Positions 58,401 through 64,000 of a stretch of DNA of 64,000 nt are shown here, in pieces (position 1 is the stretch's first letter; the number at the start of each line of letters is the position of its first letter). The position numbers and the translations under genes were made by a program. Source of the stretch: Cycas panzhihuaensis (lineage: Eukaryota; Plantae; Cycadophyta); contig CM041465.1 of NCBI GenBank assembly GCA_023213395.1, forward strand, positions 121,775,741 through 121,839,740, read 5' to 3'. A model generated the notes under the pieces. That model did no database searches. It was not told the DNA's origin and saw nothing but the letters and a program-made list of their open reading frames with translations.

Positions 58401-61400
58401 ACTCTGGATCACTAAAAAATTAAAATTCACTCAAACAAGAATTCCTAAAAAGGAATAATTTTAATTCTAATAATAATCAAAATGGCAGTTGTGCCTACTG
58501 TTACAAAAAGGACATACAATAGATATTTGTAAGAATAGAATCACTTTTAAAGCATGGAAAACTTAAAAAATGGATCCAAATCACAATCCCATAACTCTAA
58601 TATTTCTCTAATTACCATTACATCGACATTCTCTACTCCTACTTCTTAGCCATCCTTGTGGATCTTAGATTATGGTGCTCCCTACTATATGATGGGATAC
58701 CAAGAATATTTATCCACCTATTAATCTGATCTCAATTCCGAAGAGGAAATCTCTTTTACAAATGGTTCTCAACTTAAAGTCAAATAAACTAATAATTTTT
58801 TTTTAAAAGTTTATTCTATTAAAGATGTATTTTACGTTCTAGGCCTATTATCCAATCTTCTATCTATTTATCAACTCTACCATAAGGACCTTGTTATTGA
58901 ATTCTATAAAGATAAATTTATTATCAAACAACACTCTAATAAATTTAAACCTATTACTTCAAGACCTGCCGACCACAAAATAGGTCTATACAACCTGACA
59001 AATATAAATCATTTTAAAACAAAATATTCCATTATCTTTATATCTAAATTTGTCTCATTTAGTGAGCTATGACATGCATAATTTGGTTATATAAATTATG
59101 ACAAACTACTATATTTAAAAAAATACTATATGGTACATGAACTCTCACCCTTATCAATAGTTTACAATGTTTATGAAGCTTATATAGTAGATAAGCAACA
59201 CATACATTACTTTTCTCATCAATCATTATTTTAAGGAAGATTATCACTCGAGTTTATACATTCAGACATCTGTGATCCTTTCCAAGTACCATCGCACTCT
59301 GAAAGTAAATATTTTATTATATTCATTGATAATTTTTAAAAAAAGTGTTGGGTATATATGCTCAAAACCAGAAGTAAAGTATTTGATATCTTTGTTGAAT
59401 TTAAAACATTGGACAAAAATCAATCTAACTCAATAATTAAAATCTTTTTATTTGACAATGCCAAAGAATATTTAAGTAATGAATTCACTTCATACTATAA
59501 GAAACCTAGAATAAGATTATAACATTCTATTAGTTATACTCCCCAACAAAATGTTGTTATTAAACACAAGAACCATACTTTAGTTGAAATGACTAGATGC
59601 ATGTTACATGCAAAAGGCCTTGACCTAAAACTATGGGCTGAAATAATAGCTTGCTCTAATTACTTGTTAAATTGACTACTAAGTAAATCTTTATAAAATA
59701 TTATACCAGAACAAAAGTGGTATGCTCATAAACTATCTGTAAAGCATCTTAAAACCTTTGGCAACATTATTTAGGGACACATCCTAAATAAAAAACATAA
59801 GAAACTAGATAATAAAGGATCCAAATTTATCTTCGTTGGATATAACAAAGAAAGTAAAGCTTATAGATTACTAGATCCTATCACACATAAAATTTTAATT
59901 TTGCATGATATTATTTTTTATGAAGAGGAAACTTCATTCAATTCTAATCAAGTAGAACTTTCTATTGAAAGTCTGTTAACTAACACTTACTTAATAGACC
60001 CTTCAAAAAAATAAGTTGACATTAAAGCCATTGAAAGTTTATCCATATAAGTCTCAAATTAGACATTAACTAAACCTAATTCATCAAACCCATCTATTTC
60101 TTCTAACCAATCTTAAAAAAATAAACATCCAATTTGGGCACAAAAATTCTTTCTAATGCTGATTTTAATATTAGTAATCCATCAGATACCAGAAGAACCC
60201 AATCACAAAAATTATAAATAAAGTTCACCTTAATGGCCAAAGTAATAGCTAATAATGATCCTAAAATGTTTAAGAATTCCTGTAATAATCCTGTATGGCA
60301 ACAAGCCATGCAAGTAGAATTTGAGCTCTTTAAAAGAATTCAACTTAGGATTTAGTTCTATTACCACCAAGAAAAAAATTGGTAGATTATAAATAAGTTT
60401 TCTGAACTAAGTATAACTTAAAAGGAGCAATAGAAAAACATAAGGCTCATTTGGTAGCAAAAGGATTTTCTCAAATCGATGATATTGACTACACTAAAAT
60501 TTTTTCTCATATTGCTAAAATGAATACAATTAAAACTATCATTGCTCTTACAGTCAAATTTAACTGGCAAATACATCAAATAGATGCAAAGACCACCTTT
60601 TTAAATGGTGATCTTAATGAAGAAATTTATATATCTCAACCTCTTAGTTTTATGTCTAATCTTAATTTCATTTATAAACTTAAAAATCTTTATATAGTCT
60701 TAAATAAGGTCCTCAGACTTGGTACATTAAAATTAATAGTTATCTTCTTCAAAATTAATATACTAAATGTATTAGTGATCCTAACCTTTATTTTAAATGA
60801 TAAGGTAATAATATTATCATTTTAATTCTTTATGTTGACGATATTATAATAACTAGATCTTTACCATCTAATATCAATCAATTAAAGTCTATTCTAATAA
60901 ATAAATTTAAAATGATAGACTTAAGTCTTCTACATTATTTTTTCTGTCTATAGATTTATCAATATGAATTAAAAACATTTATTTCACAACTTAAGTAAAT
61001 TATTGATCTAATAAAAATATTTAATATTAAAAATTTAAAATGAACCCCAATCCCTCTATAATCATGTATAAAATTATTAATTGATTGTCAAACTCTACAT
61101 TTTGATCCCATGTTATATTGTCAATTAATAGATAGACTCATTTACCTAACCCACACCTACTCATATATTTCCTACATCATTGTCTTGTATTCTAGATATA
61201 TGTAAAAGCCTTATGAATCACATTAAAAAGTAACTAAATGGATTTTACGATATCTAAAATGTATGATCTATTATGGCTTAACATATAATTTTTGTAATAC
61301 TAACCTAAAGTTGATAGGTTATACAAATTCTGATTAGGCAGTAGATTTTAACAATCGAAAATCTATACCTAATTATATCTTCTTCCTTGACTCCACCTAG

Positions 61401-62271
61401 AATATGGTCAAATAAAAAGGTGCAATCATTGGCAATATCTACGACAAAAGCTAAATATATAGCCTTAGTAGAAGACAACAAGGAATCTCTTTAGATTAAA
61501 ACTCTATTAAATGAACTTAGTTTATTTTTTGACTCTTCTATTTAAATAAATATTAATAATCAAGGTGCAATTTCTATAGCCACCAATCCTATAGTATACT
61601 CTAGAACTAAATACATAGAATTACATTAATATTTTATTTGTAATCTTGCTATTAGTCTATATTATTATCCTATAGATTTATAGATCATAGATATACTGAC
61701 CAAGCCACTCACTAAAGTTAAGTTCATTAAGTTGCAAGAATTATTAAAGATTGATTAAGTCTTCATCAAAGGAGGATTGATGTGCTGAAATCTTCATCAT
61801 CTTCTACATCCTCTATTATACTAAAGATAATATTAAGTGGGAATATTAGAAATATTCTTTATTTAATTTAATATTATTTTTTAAATTATTAATTAATATA
61901 ATTTTTATAAAATTAAATTATGTATTACTAAAAATTTGGTGAAATAGACAACCATCCATTTCAATAAACTCCTACCTATCTTCTTAAATAATTATTTAAG
62001 AATCTTTTAAATCTTTCTAGTTGGTATAGTTATGGAGGTATAGGTAGGTCTGAGACTAACTAGTTGAAATTTGAGGGAATATGAGATCCTCGGATAACTC
62101 TACTATATTCCTTTTATTATTATAATAAAATATATTATTTATAAGGTGGTTTTTTCTCCCATGTAGGGGTTTTCTACTTGCTATATCATGGTGTACATTA
62201 TCATTAGATTTATAGATATTATATTACGATTTTCATTATTCTATTTGCACAATGATTCCCTCTCTTTAGTA
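55406..62271 (+). mobile_element. Copia D inserted in the B2 3' LTR: LTRs 55406-55833 and 61844-62271 (both 428 bp), PBS 55834-55844, gag from ~57618, PR, IN, RT, RH, all heavily decayed
   Basis: TGTATCAGAGC PBS; LWILDYGA, HSDICDPF, VAKGFSQIDDIDY, LYVDDIII and SRTKYIEL motifs; PPT AAGTGGGAA; approximate TSD TTGAT/TTGGA. Confidence 0.92.
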
Positions 62272-64000
62272 TTGGACAAGCCCTAATTACACTAATAGAT
62301 AGTGATGGCCTTGGCAAGCGTAAATTTAGAGGATAAAAGTTATAAGTCAACAATCATATTGTATTATATAATACAATATTATATAAATAGTTAAAATCCT
62401 TATCATGGTTAAATGTTAATTATAGACAAGTTGATATATGCATACCTTAACCTCCTTATAAGGATTCATGTATGTATGTATGTATGTATGTCACATTTTA
62501 GTTAGTGACAACTCATTATAGTTACCATTAACCAAATAAGTCAAGTGTTAAGAGAAAGGCTCCCCTTAATAGTTATAAGCACTTGGTGATCTATTTGTAA
62601 TGGGGGAGAAGCTTATATTTTCTATTCCCTTTGGGAAAAAAGGTATAATGACATAAGATACCAATAGGAATTAATAAATGGAAGGTTAGTACATTATTGT
62701 TAAGCATCACTATGAGATAACATCCTACTGTATTATAATCTCTACTCAAATTTTTAAAAATTAATGGGAAGCCTTTAAATTTTGCCCATCTATTTATGTA
62801 TATTAGATAATCATGGTAGTTATTTTCCATCAATATGAGTTATTGATAGAATTATAGGGCACTTATTAAAATACCTTATGATTAATTGATCTTAATAAAA
62901 TATAACATTATATTATATTGAACTAAATTAAATTATATTAAAGAGTTAACCTTGGCCATATGAAATAGATGAGTTGACATTTAGTTTTGTATATTTCTAC
63001 ATGCATGGTTGCATGCTCCTCTCATGTGGAGGAGAGGTATTCAAGGCTACCCTAAGGTTGACATTAAGGGATGCATTTGAAGGGACATTACTACATGAAA
63101 TTCTTATAAGTTATATGAGGGACTAGGTTTTTCAAGGGGATTTGAAGCTGATGCCATATTTAGAAAGTGATCTACACCCCTCTATAGAGCTCTCCCTTTT
63201 CTTAGTTTTACTATCTTGGTTTATGTCAATTAAGAAAGATTTAAAGGAATGGAGATTTAATCATGTTAATATTAAAAGATAATAAGATAACTCTAATTAT
63301 GGTGATGGAGTTGGTGGTCCTTTATTTTTTAATAAATAAGAAGTATCCCTTCAATCCTACATTTTAGCCAAATTTGGCATCAAAACATGCTAATATTTAT
63401 ACTTTAAAATGAATATCTCCTTCAAATTATTAAAAAATTATAGTATTTTAATATCATATTACGAATATTAGAAGTAAGTTTTAACACCATAATAAAGAGA
63501 GATGAAATATACACCAGTGTAAAGTATAATAAAAATTAGAGGAATGAATAATCTTTATTAATTACATTAGAAAATATACGTATTTATAGATATAAGCCAC
63601 CTCATTAATATTTAATAAGATTAGAGACCCTCTAATATAATTTAAGAGAATACATAAGTATGTGAACTCTAACACATATTTTAATAATGCTCATATTAAG
63701 GATCTTCACAAGTATTCATCTCTGTAAGATACTTATGTATAATGTTTAAAGAATAACTAATTAATAGGAATGACTAATTAAATAACTATGGCATTAATAG
63801 ATTGCTCATAGATTAAATATTATTTTTTAACACTTTCCCATAATGTTTAATTTTTGTTTTGTCTATTACATCAAACTTTGTCTTTATCACCAAGTTGCTT
63901 CAAGTGTGTTTTCCTTCATGCTTATTTTTTTCTCCTTTAAGCACTAAGAAGAAATTTGCATTAAACTTTGTTTAGACTCACAACATTAGATTATGACCTT

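Larger units (their letters stand above)
34649..62352 (+). mobile_element. Gypsy B2 (non-chromovirus, Athila/Phygy/Selgy-like), complete: 5' LTR 34649-35466, PBS 35468-35480, gag-pol ~35560-42340, extra ORF ~53440-54590, 3' LTR 54631-55405 plus 62272-62352; hosts C and D
   Basis: Perfect TSD ATCAT (34644-34648, 62353-62357); LTR starts TGTTGGGATAAA at 34649 and 54631; KQRPYRMNPKCKEKVKAEL RT start; RT-RH-IN order; many stop codons. Confidence 0.92.

Noticed and set aside
62990-63130. Possible homology with the 15845-16651 insert (GGAGGAGAGG ... TACATGA at similar spacing)
   Set aside because: Only two short matches; not significant without an alignment.

Overview
Plant nuclear DNA, probably from a large-genome non-angiosperm vascular plant (fern, lycophyte or gymnosperm; inferred from TE lineages and intron size, low confidence). 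The only host gene is the 3' end of LKR/SDH (lysine-ketoglutarate reductase/saccharopine dehydrogenase): six + strand exons at 30049-32728 encode the last ~279 aa of the SDH domain. Positions 1-29261 are a five-level nest of LTR retrotransposons, apparently inside one intron of at least 30 kb. Gypsy H hosts copia E and copia F. E hosts gypsy B1, which hosts gypsy A and copia T, and T hosts element X. F hosts the CRM-like gypsy G and an unclassified 0.8-kb insert. Downstream of the gene, a complete gypsy B2 (34649-62352, TSD ATCAT) hosts gypsy C and copia D. Most interesting: (1) gypsy families B and C share an unusual design, with a tRNA-Glu primer site, about four zinc knuckles, a second Gag-like capsid domain between protease and RT, and extra sense ORFs after integrase; (2) chains of hairpins lie upstream of gag in four unrelated elements; (3) copia F integrated with TG...CG termini; (4) directional non-CG C>T/G>A erosion is much stronger outside the gene; (5) a 120-bp duplication creates a decoy splice acceptor in LKR/SDH. 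All TE ORFs are degenerate, and lineage names come from motif recognition by eye.
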